From positions 271,242 to 335,241 of the forward strand of contig JAFRNM010000001.1 in the NCBI GenBank assembly GCA_017430135.1: a stretch of 64,000 nt of DNA. The letters are read 5' to 3'. Below, piece by piece: positions 30,546 through 42,429 of the stretch (position 1 is its first letter; the number at the start of each line of letters is the position of its first letter). This stretch comes from Clostridia bacterium (GTDB lineage Bacteria; Bacillota; Clostridia; TANB77; CAG-508). The position numbers and the translations under genes were made by a program. The notes below the pieces were generated by a model, which saw nothing but the letters and a program-made list of their open reading frames with translations, had not been told where the DNA came from and made no database searches.

Positions 30546-30597
30546 TTTTTGGGACACTCTTAAAATTCCAGGCTTTTTGGGACACTTAAAAAAGTCA
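30546..30597. repeat. degenerate copy of the GGGACAC element (two direct half-sites, not palindromic)
   Basis: tttttgggacactcttaaaattcc aggc tttttgggacacttaaaaaagtc. Confidence 0.6.
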
Positions 30598-30686
30598 AAA
30601 AAGAAAATTAGTTTTTAAAGAATACTTGCAAAGTATTCTTTTTTCATATAAAATAATTAAAACAGAGGCAATTAGGAGGAAGATAG

Positions 30687-31685
30687 ATGGACGAAAATAA
30701 TCTAATGAGTCCCAATATAGAAAGTACACAAGAAGAGAGACTAGAAAATTCTTTAAGACCGCAAACATTAGAAGAATATATTGGACAAAGTAAAGTAAAA
30801 GAAAATATGAAAATTTATATAGAGGCTGCCAAAAAAAGAGAAGAGGCTTTAGACCATGTTCTTTTATATGGACCTCCAGGGCTTGGAAAAACTACGCTTT
30901 CAAATATTATTGCAAATGAAATGGGGGCAAATATAAAAATAACATCTGGTCCTGCAATAGAAAAACCTGGAGATTTAGCTTCAATTCTAACAAATCTTTC
31001 TGAATATGATATTTTGTTTATAGATGAAATACATAGAATAAATAAGAATGTAGAAGAAATTTTGTATCCCGCAATGGAAGATTACACATTAGATATTATG
31101 ATAGGAAAAGGACCAAGTGCAAGGTCAATAAGACTTGATTTACCGAAGTTTACTTTAATAGGTGCAACAACAAGAGCAGGTTCATTAACAACCCCTCTAA
31201 GAGATAGATTTGGAATTGTACATAGACTTGAATTATATTCAATTGAAGATTTAACAACAATTGTAAAAAGAACAAGCAAAATATTAGAAGTTGAAATAGA
31301 AGAAGATGCGGCAGTAGAAATTGCAAGACGTTCAAGAGGAACACCTAGAATTGCAAATAGGTTATTAAAAAGAGTTCGTGATTATGCAATGGTCTTAGGA
31401 GATGGAAATATTACTCTAAAACTTGCCAAAATGGCTTTAAATAAGCTTGAAATAGATGAACTTGGCTTGGACGAAATAGATAGAAAAATACTAGACACAA
31501 TGATAGTACAATATGCAGGGCGCCCAGTAGGAATAGAAGCATTAGCAGTAACAATAGGAGAAGAAGTTGAAACAATAGAAGATGTATATGAGCCATATCT
31601 AATCCAATTAGGCTTTATTGCAAGAACAATACGAGGAAGACAAGTACTTCCACCAGCATATAAACATTTAGGGTATGAGGAGTAG
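30687..31685 (+). CDS. ruvB: Holliday junction branch migration DNA helicase RuvB
   Basis: [25 protein letters not shown] Walker A, sensor motifs. 332 aa. Confidence 0.88.
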   Translation: MDENNLMSPNIESTQEERLENSLRPQTLEEYIGQSKVKENMKIYIEAAKKREEALDHVLLYGPPGLGKTTLSNIIANEMGANIKITSGPAIEKPGDLASILTNLSEYDILFIDEIHRINKNVEEILYPAMEDYTLDIMIGKGPSARSIRLDLPKFTLIGATTRAGSLTTPLRDRFGIVHRLELYSIEDLTTIVKRTSKILEVEIEEDAAVEIARRSRGTPRIANRLLKRVRDYAMVLGDGNITLKLAKMALNKLEIDELGLDEIDRKILDTMIVQYAGRPVGIEALAVTIGEEVETIEDVYEPYLIQLGFIARTIRGRQVLPPAYKHLGYEE

Positions 31686-31690
31686 TGAAT

Positions 31691-34000
31691 ATGATAACTG
31701 AAGAAAAATTAAAACAAATTTGTGATGAACATAATATTAATTGTAAAAAAATAATTCAAACTAATCCTAATATTTTGGAATATGGCGATACTAATGATAT
31801 TTTATATGTATTAGACTTTTTAAAGCAAAAATTAAATATAGAAAGTAAGAATATAGAAAAATGTCCAAGTATTTTATGCTTGGCAATAGAAAATGTAAAA
31901 AATAATTACATGTTCTTGAAAGAAAAAGAAATAAATGAAAATGATGTTGAAACATGTTTACATATATTATCAACAGAACCTATAGAATTAAGAAAAACGT
32001 ATGAATATATAGAAGAAAATTATGGATTAGAATATTTAAATAAATATACAAGTATTTTAAGAGTTAATGAAGAAAGAATCAAGGATATAGAAAATAGATT
32101 TACAGAGTTTAGTAAAGTTCAAGTGCTTCAAGCATCTATATCAAGAAGAAAAATAGAAGAAATTGAAAAATTAGTAGAAGTATGTAAAAAGAATGAGATA
32201 AAATTAACAGGCTCTGTATTTCCTAAAACAGCAGAAGAAATAGAGAAAATAGTAGAAGTAGCTAAAGAAAATAAAATAGAACTAACAGGTTCAGTGTATC
32301 GAAAGACAGCAGAAGAAATAGAGAAAATAGTAGAAGTATGTAAAGCAAATGAAATAGAACCGAAGGGAAATGTATTTTTAAAAACAGCAGAAGAAATAAA
32401 GAAAATAGTAGAAGTATGTAAAGCAAACGAAATAGAGATAACAGCTTCAGTATTTCTAAAATCAGCCGAAGAAATAGAAAAAATAGTAGAAGTATGCAAA
32501 AAAAATGGAATAGAACCTCAAGGGAATGTATTTAAAAGAACAGCAGAAGAAATAGAGAAAATAGCAGAAGTATGTAAAGCAAATGAAATAGAGCTAACAG
32601 GTTCAGTATTTCGAAAAACAGCAAAAGAAATAAAGGAAATAGTGGAAGCGTGTAAAGAAAATAAAATAGAGCTAACAGGTTCTGCATTTTTAAAAACAGC
32701 AGAAGAAATAGAGGAAATAGTAAAAGTATGTAAAGAAAATAAAATAGAGTTAACAGGTTCAGTATTTCTAAAACCAGCTACAGAAATAGAGAAAATAGTA
32801 GAAGTATGTAAAGCAAATGAAATAGAACTAACAGGTACAATATTTCTAAAAACAGCAGAAGAGATAGAAAAAATAGTAAAAGTATGTAAGCAAAATAAAA
32901 TAGAGCCAAAAGGAAATGTATTTCAAAGAACAGCTGAGGAATTAGAAAAAATAGTAGAAGTATGTAAAGAAAAAAGAATAAAACCTGAAGGATCAGTATT
33001 TAAAAGAACAGCAGAAGAAATAGAGGAAATAGTAGAGGTATGTAAAGAAAATGAGATAGAATTAACAGGATCAGTATTTCTAAAACCAGCAGAGGAAATT
33101 AGGAAAATAGTAGAGGTATGTAAAGAAAATGAGATAGAACTAACAGGTTCAGTATTTAGAAAGACAGCAGAAGAAATAGAGAAAATAGTAAAAGTATGCA
33201 AAGAAAATAAAATAGAGCTAACAGGTTCTGCATTTTTAAAAACAGCAGAAGAAATAGAGGAAATAGTAAAAGTATGTAAAGAAAATGAAATAGAACTAAC
33301 AGGTTCAGTATTTCTAAAATCAGCTACAGAAATAAAGAAAATAGTAAAAGTATGTAAAGAAAATGAAATAGAGCTAACAGGTACAGCATTTCTAAAAACA
33401 TCAGAAGAGATAGAAAGAATAGTAAAAGTATGTAAAGAAAATGAAATAGATATGATAGGCTCTGCATTTTTTAAATCATCCGAAGAAATAGAGAAAATAA
33501 TAGAAGTATGCAAAGAAAATAAAATAGAACTAACAGGTTCTGTATTTTTAAAATCAGCAAAACAGTTAAAAGAAAATGTTGATTATATAAAAGAAGAGTT
33601 TGGAAGTGAGTACTTAATTCCACTTATAGTGTCTAAAAATAATGGAACATTAAAAAAAGTATTGCCATATCTAAAAGAAAAAGGGTATTTAGAATATGTA
33701 AAAGAAAGTGCCTCAATTTTAAGCTTAACATTAGAACAAATACAAGAAAGAGAAAAATTCATAGAACAGCAGGGACAATCGATTATTGATGATAGAGGAA
33801 AATTTAATTCGATATTTGGATTATCAAAAAAGAACTATGAAAAAAGAGTGGCAAAAACAGTAGGAAGGCCTTCAAGCGAACTTGTGGAAGTAATAAAAAA
33901 TGTTCCAGTAAATGAAGTGATAAATGGTAAAAAAGTATTAGATGAAATTACAACAGAAAAAACAAAGGAAGGAGAAACTATAGATGGAGAGAGTCGATAG
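31691..34000 (+). CDS. tandem-repeat protein: about 18 near-identical 26-aa repeats (KTAEEIEKIVEVCKENKIELTGSVFL) flanked by unique N- and C-terminal domains
   Basis: GAGGAG RBS 9 nt before ATG 31691. 78-bp periodicity from about 32150 to 33560 stays in frame. N-terminal domain shows a related motif. Confidence 0.6.
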   Translation: MITEEKLKQICDEHNINCKKIIQTNPNILEYGDTNDILYVLDFLKQKLNIESKNIEKCPSILCLAIENVKNNYMFLKEKEINENDVETCLHILSTEPIELRKTYEYIEENYGLEYLNKYTSILRVNEERIKDIENRFTEFSKVQVLQASISRRKIEEIEKLVEVCKKNEIKLTGSVFPKTAEEIEKIVEVAKENKIELTGSVYRKTAEEIEKIVEVCKANEIEPKGNVFLKTAEEIKKIVEVCKANEIEITASVFLKSAEEIEKIVEVCKKNGIEPQGNVFKRTAEEIEKIAEVCKANEIELTGSVFRKTAKEIKEIVEACKENKIELTGSAFLKTAEEIEEIVKVCKENKIELTGSVFLKPATEIEKIVEVCKANEIELTGTIFLKTAEEIEKIVKVCKQNKIEPKGNVFQRTAEELEKIVEVCKEKRIKPEGSVFKRTAEEIEEIVEVCKENEIELTGSVFLKPAEEIRKIVEVCKENEIELTGSVFRKTAEEIEKIVKVCKENKIELTGSAFLKTAEEIEEIVKVCKENEIELTGSVFLKSATEIKKIVKVCKENEIELTGTAFLKTSEEIERIVKVCKENEIDMIGSAFFKSSEEIEKIIEVCKENKIELTGSVFLKSAKQLKENVDYIKEEFGSEYLIPLIVSKNNGTLKKVLPYLKEKGYLEYVKESASILSLTLEQIQEREKFIEQQGQSIIDDRGKFNSIFGLSKKNYEKRVAKTVGRPSSELVEVIKNVPVNEVINGKKVLDEITTEKTKEGETIDGESR
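32150..33560 (+). repeat. 78-bp tandem repeat array, about 18 units, coding
   Basis: High unit-to-unit nucleotide identity. Generates spurious antisense ORFs. Confidence 0.8.
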
Positions 34001-34442
34001 TAATTATAGAAAAGCATTTGTAGAAGTAGACGCTGTTTTGAATTGCTTGAATACAAATGCTTACAATAAAATTCCTTTAAATGTGATTAATGCAATAAGA
34101 GACAATAAAGATGAAAACTACCAATATGAATATGATGAAAAAATAGAATATTATAAATGGAATTTTATGAATGAAACAAAAGCAATTTTATATAATTTAT
34201 TCAAAAAGTATTTAGCAACAGAAGAACAAATTAAATATTTTATAGAAAAAGAAAGAAAAGAATTATATAAAATTGAAGAAGAAAAAAGAGAAAGATATAA
34301 TGCTGAGGATTTATTTAAAAATAAGAATATACAAAATAATGTGGCTGAAAATGTAAACAGTCAAAATGTAGAAATGATAGCTCGTAAAGAATCTTTAATA
34401 AAAAAGATTTGGAAGAAAATAAAAGCTATATTTAAGAAATAA
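33984..34442 (+). CDS. hypothetical protein, 152 aa, overlapping the repeat-protein gene by 17 nt
   Basis: Lys/Glu-rich. No motif recognised. Confidence 0.4.
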   Translation: MERVDSNYRKAFVEVDAVLNCLNTNAYNKIPLNVINAIRDNKDENYQYEYDEKIEYYKWNFMNETKAILYNLFKKYLATEEQIKYFIEKERKELYKIEEEKRERYNAEDLFKNKNIQNNVAENVNSQNVEMIARKESLIKKIWKKIKAIFKK

Positions 34443-34518
34443 ATTTTATTTTGGGATGGGTAAAAAAATATCTTTTGGTGTTTTTGTGACCCGTTCCCAA
34501 AAATTCCCCTAAAAACCC

Positions 34519-34547
34519 TTGAAATTAAAAAACTATTGTGATACAAT
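34519..34547 (+). promoter_or_regulatory. sigma-A-like promoter (TTGAAA, 17 bp spacer, TACAAT) for eno with a leader of about 200 nt
   Basis: Hexamers read directly from the sequence. Confidence 0.4.
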
Positions 34548-34650
34548 ACATTTTGGTTTTAATAATACCAAATATTATAAGGCTAAATAGCCAAGGGAGA
34601 AGAGTTTGAAAAATAATTGGCGAATTTCGTTGTTGAACTGTACTCAGTAA

Positions 34651-36063
<1,413 letters not shown>

Positions 36064-36069
36064 AATAAC

Positions 36070-36099
36070 AAAAAAACATCCATATTAGGATGTTTTTTG
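36070..36099 (+). terminator. rho-independent terminator after eno
   Basis: aacatccata tta ggatgtt followed by T6. Confidence 0.6.
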
Positions 36100-36148
36100 T
36101 TGTAAAAAAATATTATTTATGATATAAAAACATTGGAGGTAGTTTATT

Positions 36149-36856
36149 ATGAGTTTTGAAAATATAGATTTAGTAATTTTTGATTTGGATGGGACTTTGA
36201 TTGATTCTAATGGAATTCATAATGAAATAGATGTAGATTTAGTGCGATTTCTTGGTGGAAATACAGATTTCGAACAAATAATAGAAGAAAGAAATGATTT
36301 TATAAGAAAAAATCCAGGTGGAGATGCATATTTGAAATATTGCGAATTTCTAAAGGTAAAATATAAATCAACTTTATCAAAAGAAGAAATATTAGAAAAA
36401 AGAAGAAGTATGGCAAAAGAAGCCTTAAAAAAGGTAGAATTTAAACCAAATGCAGATAAGGCAATAAAATTTTTGAAAAATAAAAATTATAAATTAGCAT
36501 TAGCAACAGTTTCAAGAAGAGAAGACATAGATGTATATGTTAATGAAAATGAAAATATGAAAAATAAATGTAATTTAGATGAATATTTTGATTTGATACT
36601 TACAAAATTTGATGTTAAAGAAAAGAAGCCAAATCCAGAGGTTTATAATAAAGTAGTAGAAGCATTCAAAATCACAGACTTATCTAAATGTATTGTAGTA
36701 GAAGACTCATTAACTGGGATAATGGCAGCCAAAAACGCTCATTTAAATGTAATTGCGATGTATGATAAATATGCAGATAAAGATAGAAAACAAATAAATC
36801 AACTTGCAGATTACAAAGTAGACAATTATGAGGAGCTTATAAAATTATTTGAATAA
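36149..36856 (+). CDS. HAD-IA family hydrolase
   Basis: DLDGTL motif I at the N-terminus. 235 aa. Confidence 0.7.
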   Translation: MSFENIDLVIFDLDGTLIDSNGIHNEIDVDLVRFLGGNTDFEQIIEERNDFIRKNPGGDAYLKYCEFLKVKYKSTLSKEEILEKRRSMAKEALKKVEFKPNADKAIKFLKNKNYKLALATVSRREDIDVYVNENENMKNKCNLDEYFDLILTKFDVKEKKPNPEVYNKVVEAFKITDLSKCIVVEDSLTGIMAAKNAHLNVIAMYDKYADKDRKQINQLADYKVDNYEELIKLFE

Positions 36857-36869
36857 TTATTCTGAAATA

Positions 36870-36925
36870 TTTTGGGGACACTTTAGAAAGTATGAAAATA
36901 TGCTTTTTTTAAGTGTCCCAAAAAG
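36870..36925. repeat. imperfect copy of the GGGACAC palindromic element
   Basis: ttttggggacactttagaaagtatg aaaata tgctttttttaagtgtcccaaaa. Confidence 0.6.
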
Positions 36926-37026
36926 TTTTTTAAATTTATAATAAGCTCTTGAAAAGTATAGTTTTTTGTTATAGAATTACATTATCTGGTGAATAATAAA
37001 ATGACTAGATAAGAGGAGGAAATGAA

Positions 37027-38208
37027 ATGAAAAAAACTGTTAAAGACATTGATTTAAAAGGAAAGAAAGTATTGGTAAGATGCGATTTCAATGTACCAAT
37101 GGATGAAGAAAAAAACATTACAGATACAACAAGAATAATTGCAGCAATACCAACAATAAAATATTTATTAGAAAATGAATGTGCAATAATACTTTGCTCA
37201 CATTTAGGAAGACCAAAAGGAGAATTTAAACCAGAATTTTCATTAAAACCTGTAGCAAAAGAATTATCTAAAATATTAGGTAAGGAAGTAGCCATAGCAG
37301 AAGATGTAATAGGAGAAGATGCAAAAACAAAAGCAGCTAACCTAAAATCTGGTGAATTAATGTTATTAGAAAATGTAAGATTCCACAAAGAAGAAACAGA
37401 TAATGACGAAGGATTTGCAAAAGAATTAGCAAGCATGGCAGAAGTATATGTAAATGATGCATTTGGTGCAGCACATAGAGCACATGCTTCAACAGCTGGA
37501 GTTGCAAAATTTTTACCAGCAGTTTCAGGATTCTTAATTGAAAAAGAATTAGAATGCTTAGGAGATGCTATAAACAATCCAGAAAGACCATTTGTAGCAA
37601 TATTAGGTGGTGCAAAGGTTTCTGACAAAATAGGGGTAATAGATAGTTTATTAGAAAAAGTAGATACATTACTAATTGGTGGTGGAATGGCATATACATT
37701 CTTCAAAGCGCAAGGATATGAAGTAGGAAATTCAATTTGCGAATTAGACAAGCTAGACCTAGCAAAAGAAGCAATGGCAAAAGCTAAAGCAAAAGGCGTA
37801 AACTTAGTATTACCAGTAGATACAAAAGTCGGAAAAGAATACAAACCAGATACAGAAAGTAAAACAGTTGCATGGACAGAAATTCCAGCAGATTGGGAAG
37901 GATTTGATATTGGAGAAAAAACAATAGAAATATTTACTGAAGAAATTAAAAAAGCTAAAACAGTAATCTGGAATGGTCCAGTTGGATTATTTGAATTCCC
38001 ACAATTTTCAGTTGGAACTAATGCAATAGCAAGATTATTAGCAACAATAGATGCAAAAACAATAATAGGTGGAGGAGATTCTGCTGCTGCAGTTAAAAAA
38101 GCTGGATTAGAAGATAAAATGACACATATTTCTACTGGTGGTGGAGCTTCTTTAGAATTTTTAGAGGGCAAGAAACTTCCTGGAATCGAATGCTTACTAG
38201 ATAAATAA
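37027..38208 (+). CDS. pgk: phosphoglycerate kinase
   Basis: 393 aa with canonical Pgk motifs. GAGGAGGAA RBS. Confidence 0.95.
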   Translation: MKKTVKDIDLKGKKVLVRCDFNVPMDEEKNITDTTRIIAAIPTIKYLLENECAIILCSHLGRPKGEFKPEFSLKPVAKELSKILGKEVAIAEDVIGEDAKTKAANLKSGELMLLENVRFHKEETDNDEGFAKELASMAEVYVNDAFGAAHRAHASTAGVAKFLPAVSGFLIEKELECLGDAINNPERPFVAILGGAKVSDKIGVIDSLLEKVDTLLIGGGMAYTFFKAQGYEVGNSICELDKLDLAKEAMAKAKAKGVNLVLPVDTKVGKEYKPDTESKTVAWTEIPADWEGFDIGEKTIEIFTEEIKKAKTVIWNGPVGLFEFPQFSVGTNAIARLLATIDAKTIIGGGDSAAAVKKAGLEDKMTHISTGGGASLEFLEGKKLPGIECLLDK

Positions 38209-38228
38209 TGTAAAGGAGTGTTTAAAAT

Positions 38229-38981
38229 ATGAGAAAAAAAGTAATTGCAGGAAACTGGAAAATGAATATGCTTCCAAATGAAGCAATAAAATTTATAGAT
38301 GAACTTACACCATTAGTAAAAGATACTCAAAACGAAGTAGTTCTTTGTGTACCTTACACAGATTTGTTTTATGCACTTTTAAATGTTCAAGAAACAAATA
38401 TTAAGATAGGTGCACAAAACATGCATTTTGAAGAAAAAGGTGCATATACTGGAGAAATTTCAGCTCAAATGTTGAAATCAATAAATGTTGAATATGTAAT
38501 AATTGGACATTCTGAAAGAAGACAATACTTCAACGAAACAGATGAAACTGTAAATAAAAAAATAAAAGCAGCTTTTGCAAATAGTTTAAAACCAATAGTA
38601 TGCGTTGGAGAAACATTAGAACAAAGAGAAGCTGGTACAACAATAGATGTTATTACAACTCAAACAAAACTTGCATTAGATGGTTTAACAGATGAGCAAG
38701 TAGCCAATACAATAATTGCTTATGAACCAATTTGGGCTATTGGAACAGGAAAAACTGCTACAAGTGGCGATGCACAAGCTTCTATTAAAGCAATTCGTAA
38801 CAAAATTGAAGAAATCTATGGACAAAATGTATCTGAAAGAGTTATAATACAATATGGCGGAAGCGTAAAAAGCTCTAATGCAAAAGAATTATTCCAAATG
38901 CCAGATATCGATGGTGGATTAGTTGGAGGAGCAAGCTTAAAGCCAGATGAATTTGCTAAAATCGTTAACTATGATTTGTAG
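38229..38981 (+). CDS. tpiA: triose-phosphate isomerase
   Basis: [12 protein letters not shown] active-site motif. 250 aa. Confidence 0.95.
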   Translation: MRKKVIAGNWKMNMLPNEAIKFIDELTPLVKDTQNEVVLCVPYTDLFYALLNVQETNIKIGAQNMHFEEKGAYTGEISAQMLKSINVEYVIIGHSERRQYFNETDETVNKKIKAAFANSLKPIVCVGETLEQREAGTTIDVITTQTKLALDGLTDEQVANTIIAYEPIWAIGTGKTATSGDAQASIKAIRNKIEEIYGQNVSERVIIQYGGSVKSSNAKELFQMPDIDGGLVGGASLKPDEFAKIVNYDL

Positions 38982-39011
38982 TAAATAAATGTTGAAAGAG
39001 GGTATAAAATA

Positions 39012-40553
39012 ATGAAAGACAAACTTACAATGCTAATGATATTAGATGGGTTTGGAGATAACTCAAATGCAGAAGGAAATGCAGTAAAACAAGCAAATAC
39101 ACCTAATATTGATAAACTAATGAAAAAATATGCAAGCACAGATATATTTACAAGTGGGCATTATGTAGGATTACCAGATGGACAAATGGGAAATTCTGAA
39201 GTTGGTCACACAAATATAGGCGCAGGAAGAATTGTATACCAAGAATTAACAAGAATTACAAAATCAATAGAAGATGGAGATTTCTTCTCAAATCAAGAAT
39301 TAATCGCAGCTATTGATAATTGTAAGAAAAATAACTCAAAATTACACATATTGGGGTTAGTATCAGATGGTGGAGTTCACAGCCATGATAGACACCTTTA
39401 TGGTTTATTAGAATTAGCTAAAAGAAGAGATTTTGAAAATGTATATGTTCATTGTTTCTTAGATGGAAGAGATACACCACCAGCATCAGCTGAAAACTAT
39501 ATTGCAAAATTACAAGAAAAAATGAACGAAAAAGGTGTAGGAAAAATAGCTTCAATAAGCGGAAGATTCTATGCAATGGATAGAGATAAAAGATGGCAAA
39601 GAGTTCAAAAAGCATATGATGCAATGGTCAAAGGTGAAGGAATAAAAGCAGCAAATGTAATTAAAGCAATAGAAGATTCATACCAAAAAGAAGTATTTGA
39701 TGAGTTTGTGGAGCCAACAGTAATTTGCAATAATGGCGAACCAATTGCGACAATTGGTAAAAATGATTCTGTAATATGCTTCAACTTTAGACCAGATAGA
39801 GCAAGAGAAATTACTAGAACATTAGTAGATACAGAGTTTAATGAATTTGATACTAAAAAAGATTTAAATCTTTATTATGTATGCTTTACAAATTATGATG
39901 AAACAATGCCAAACGTACACATTGCATTCAAAAAAGAAGCATTAAACAATACATTTGGAGAATATATAAGCAAAAATGGTTTAACACAATTAAGAATAGC
40001 AGAAACAGAAAAATATGCACATGTTACATTCTTCTTTAATGGTGGAGAAGAAAAACAATTCGAAGGAGAAGATAGAATTTTAATACCATCTCCAAAAGTT
40101 GAAACATATGATTTAAAACCTGAAATGAGTGCTTATGAAGTAACAGAAAAAGTATGTGATGCAATTGCAAATGATAGATTTGACAACATTATTCTAAATT
40201 TTGCAAATCCAGACATGGTTGGACACACAGGAAGTCTACCAGCTGCAATAAAAGCGGTAGAAACAGTAGATGAATGCGTAGGAAAAATAGTTTCTTTAAT
40301 TGAAGAAAAGGAAGGAAACTTAATAATAACAGCAGATCATGGTAACTGTGAGCAAATGATAGATTACAAAACAGGAGAACCACACACAGCACATACAACA
40401 AACCCAGTTCCAATCATTGTAATAAATGGTAAAAACAAAATAAAACTAAGAGAAGGCGGAATACTAGCTGATTTAGCGCCAACAATGCTAGATATGATGG
40501 GATTAGAAAAACCTTCAGAAATGACTGGAAGTACTTTAATTGTAAAGGAATAA
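39012..40553 (+). CDS. gpmI: 2,3-bisphosphoglycerate-independent phosphoglycerate mutase
   Basis: 513 aa with iPGM family motifs. Confidence 0.92.
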   Translation: MKDKLTMLMILDGFGDNSNAEGNAVKQANTPNIDKLMKKYASTDIFTSGHYVGLPDGQMGNSEVGHTNIGAGRIVYQELTRITKSIEDGDFFSNQELIAAIDNCKKNNSKLHILGLVSDGGVHSHDRHLYGLLELAKRRDFENVYVHCFLDGRDTPPASAENYIAKLQEKMNEKGVGKIASISGRFYAMDRDKRWQRVQKAYDAMVKGEGIKAANVIKAIEDSYQKEVFDEFVEPTVICNNGEPIATIGKNDSVICFNFRPDRAREITRTLVDTEFNEFDTKKDLNLYYVCFTNYDETMPNVHIAFKKEALNNTFGEYISKNGLTQLRIAETEKYAHVTFFFNGGEEKQFEGEDRILIPSPKVETYDLKPEMSAYEVTEKVCDAIANDRFDNIILNFANPDMVGHTGSLPAAIKAVETVDECVGKIVSLIEEKEGNLIITADHGNCEQMIDYKTGEPHTAHTTNPVPIIVINGKNKIKLREGGILADLAPTMLDMMGLEKPSEMTGSTLIVKE

Positions 40554-40560
40554 ATAAAAA

Positions 40561-40597
40561 TATAGCGAACAAAATAAATTTAAATTTTGTTCGCTAT
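40561..40597 (+). terminator. rho-independent terminator after gpmI
   Basis: tatagcgaacaaaat ... attttgttcgctata. Confidence 0.55.
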
Positions 40598-40627
40598 AAA
40601 TTAAACTATAGAAAAAAAGAGGTAAAA

Positions 40628-41302
40628 ATGTTAAAAACAACTCGAAAAATTAGAGGAATATATGAAGACATTCAAAAAATGTTATTTTACATGATTCCAG
40701 AAAAATGGGAAGAACTATATTTATATGCTTCAGTAATAGAAAGATTTGGAAATGTTGAAACAGGAGAGCTTTTCTTTTACTACATACCAAAAGGAATATT
40801 AAGAAAAAACCCTGTAAATGTATATGAAATTTCCTCTAAGTTTAATCTTGAAGAAGGCGAATATTTAAGACTTGTAGAACTTTTATATGATAAAATAAAA
40901 GAATTACGAAATGAACATAAAAAACAAGAAAGAAAAACATGGAGTAATTTAACAATAATAATAAAAAATATGAAATTTAGAGTAGAATATGATTATGAAG
41001 ATATACAAAATAGCGAATTTGATAGTTTCCAAAGGCATATAATTTGGAGAAGTAAATATTTAAATATTGGAATGGAAAAAGTAAACAAAGCCGAACGCAC
41101 CATTTTAGAGAGATATTATAACATGGATAGAACTTCAATAAAAACAGATGAATATGAGGAAAACATTTATATTAAGGATGTAAAAAATATGGTTGATTAC
41201 CAAACCGAAAATTATGAGACAATACAAAATGTTGAGTATATGGCGAGTAAGAATGATAAAAAAAGAAAGAATCAGATTTTAATGATGGATGAAGAGCAGT
41301 GA
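40628..41302 (+). CDS. DUF600 / YezG-like immunity-family protein with C-terminal extension
   Basis: MIPEKWEELYLYASVIE...FYYIP...WSNLTIIIKNMKFRVEYDYEDI matches the YezG/DUF600 pattern (IPEEWEKLYLYAEV...WTNLTL). No cognate LXG/YeeF toxin gene lies upstream. Confidence 0.55.
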   Translation: MLKTTRKIRGIYEDIQKMLFYMIPEKWEELYLYASVIERFGNVETGELFFYYIPKGILRKNPVNVYEISSKFNLEEGEYLRLVELLYDKIKELRNEHKKQERKTWSNLTIIIKNMKFRVEYDYEDIQNSEFDSFQRHIIWRSKYLNIGMEKVNKAERTILERYYNMDRTSIKTDEYEENIYIKDVKNMVDYQTENYETIQNVEYMASKNDKKRKNQILMMDEEQ

Positions 41303-41512
41303 TTTTATATCATTGTTCTTTATTTTTGGTTTTTTTATTACTATTTCTTTGCTTAATATTATTATTTTCTGCAACTCCCAACTGCATAAGAAAATCTAAA
41401 AAATTTTTCAAAAATTTTAAGATTTTCTAATTTGTCGGTCCCCCCGAATGTTGCTTGAAAATAATAATATTAAGCAAATCAGAAAAAACGAACAAAAATT
41501 TTAAAAAACTAT

Positions 41513-41541
41513 TGACAAATTTAAATTCATGATATAAAATA
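41513..41541 (+). promoter_or_regulatory. sigma-A-like promoter (TTGACA, 17 bp spacer, TAAAAT)
   Basis: Hexamers read directly from the sequence. Confidence 0.35.
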
Positions 41542-41601
41542 ACACCAGAAAGCGAACAAGACTTCGCAAAACAAATAATCGAATAAATGGAGGGTAATAT
41601 T

Positions 41602-42105
41602 ATGAATTTAGTTAGAGTTAAAAGTGTAGTAAAAACAATAGAAAGACATCCAGTTGAAATACTTGGAAATGATTATAGAGTTAGAATAGAATATAAAAAT
41701 GTTAAAGTTATGGAATTAAATGTTTATGAAGATACAATAAGAATTACTCTTCAAAATAAATATAAAAAAGTAAACAATGAAAAGATGTTAGATTTTGCAA
41801 TAAATAAAATGTATAATGCAATAGCTAAAGTAGAAGTAGAAAGAGCAATGGAAAAAACAAGATTAATGCTTGGATTTGCACCAGAGGATTATAAAATAGA
41901 AAAAATAACAGGCCTTGCAAAATGTGAAGATGGGATTATTACAATAAATCCTGAAATAGTAATGTACAATAGAAATATAATAGACTTTATAGTTTTAAAA
42001 CAATATTTACATCTAAGATACAAAACAGAATGCAAAGGCTATATGAAGCTTTTAAAAGAACATTGTAAAAATTATGAAAAATTTGAAAAAGTCTTGAAAT
42101 TTTAA
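41602..42105 (+). CDS. DUF45/YgjP-like protein lacking the HExxH zinc motif
   Basis: GGAGGG RBS. C-terminal block IDFIVLKQYLHLRYKTECKGYMKLLKEHCKNYEKFEKVLK aligns with the DUF45 block I(D)YVIIHELAHLxHxNHSxxFxxLxxxxPDYxxRxKWLK, but with KQ in place of HE. Confidence 0.4.
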   Translation: MNLVRVKSVVKTIERHPVEILGNDYRVRIEYKNVKVMELNVYEDTIRITLQNKYKKVNNEKMLDFAINKMYNAIAKVEVERAMEKTRLMLGFAPEDYKIEKITGLAKCEDGIITINPEIVMYNRNIIDFIVLKQYLHLRYKTECKGYMKLLKEHCKNYEKFEKVLKF

Positions 42106-42170
42106 TAAGAAATTTGCTATAATAACAATAGCAAATTTTTTTATTATTCGTGACTATAAATTAAATATAT

Positions 42171-42245
42171 TGGGGTGTCGCCAAGCGGTAAGGCATCGGA
42201 CTCTGACTCCGACATTCGTGTGTTCGAATCACACCACCCCAGCCA
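42171..42245 (+). tRNA. tRNA-Gln (anticodon CTG)
   Basis: Cloverleaf with 7-bp acceptor stem tggggtg/cacccca, anticodon loop cuCUGac, T-loop ttcgaat, 3' CCA encoded. Confidence 0.85.
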
Positions 42246-42287
42246 AAAAGAAATCTGTTCGAACTAATAATTCGAGCAGATTTTTTA
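42246..42287 (+). terminator. rho-independent terminator (atctgttcgaa ... ttcgagcagat + T6); member of a repeated terminator family
   Basis: Same arms recur at about 45840 and about 46880. Confidence 0.55.
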
Positions 42288-42314
42288 TTGTGCAAAAAAA
42301 GGTTCGCAAAAGTC

Positions 42315-42343
42315 TTGCTTTTGTTGGTGGAATTTGCTATAAT
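42315..42343 (+). promoter_or_regulatory. sigma-A-like promoter (TTGCTT, 17 bp spacer, TATAAT)
   Basis: Consensus -10 element. Drives the MazF-like gene. Confidence 0.45.
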
Positions 42344-42429
42344 CATGTTAAAAATATCACAATTGTGAAAGTAAGAAAAGTAGAAGATAATAATATTTAG
42401 AAAAAAAATATGTAAAAGGAGAAATGAAC

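Noticed and set aside
32128-33513. Minus-strand ORFs 32128-32499 and 32923-33513 (Ser/Ile/Phe-rich).
   Set aside because: They lie antisense to the 78-bp tandem array. They are open only because the repeat lacks stop codons on that strand, and the proteins are low-complexity.
32150-33560. Possible CRISPR array suggested by regular repeats.
   Set aside because: The 78-bp period has no unique spacers, since the whole unit repeats. It is in frame within a long ORF, and no cas genes are nearby.
37005-38171. 388-aa minus-strand ORF antisense to pgk.
   Set aside because: It fully overlaps a canonical, highly conserved pgk. Low-complexity Ser/Pro/Ala-rich translation with no RBS.
42170-42400. 76-aa ORF 42170-42400.
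   Set aside because: It overlaps tRNA-Gln and its terminator, and has no RBS.
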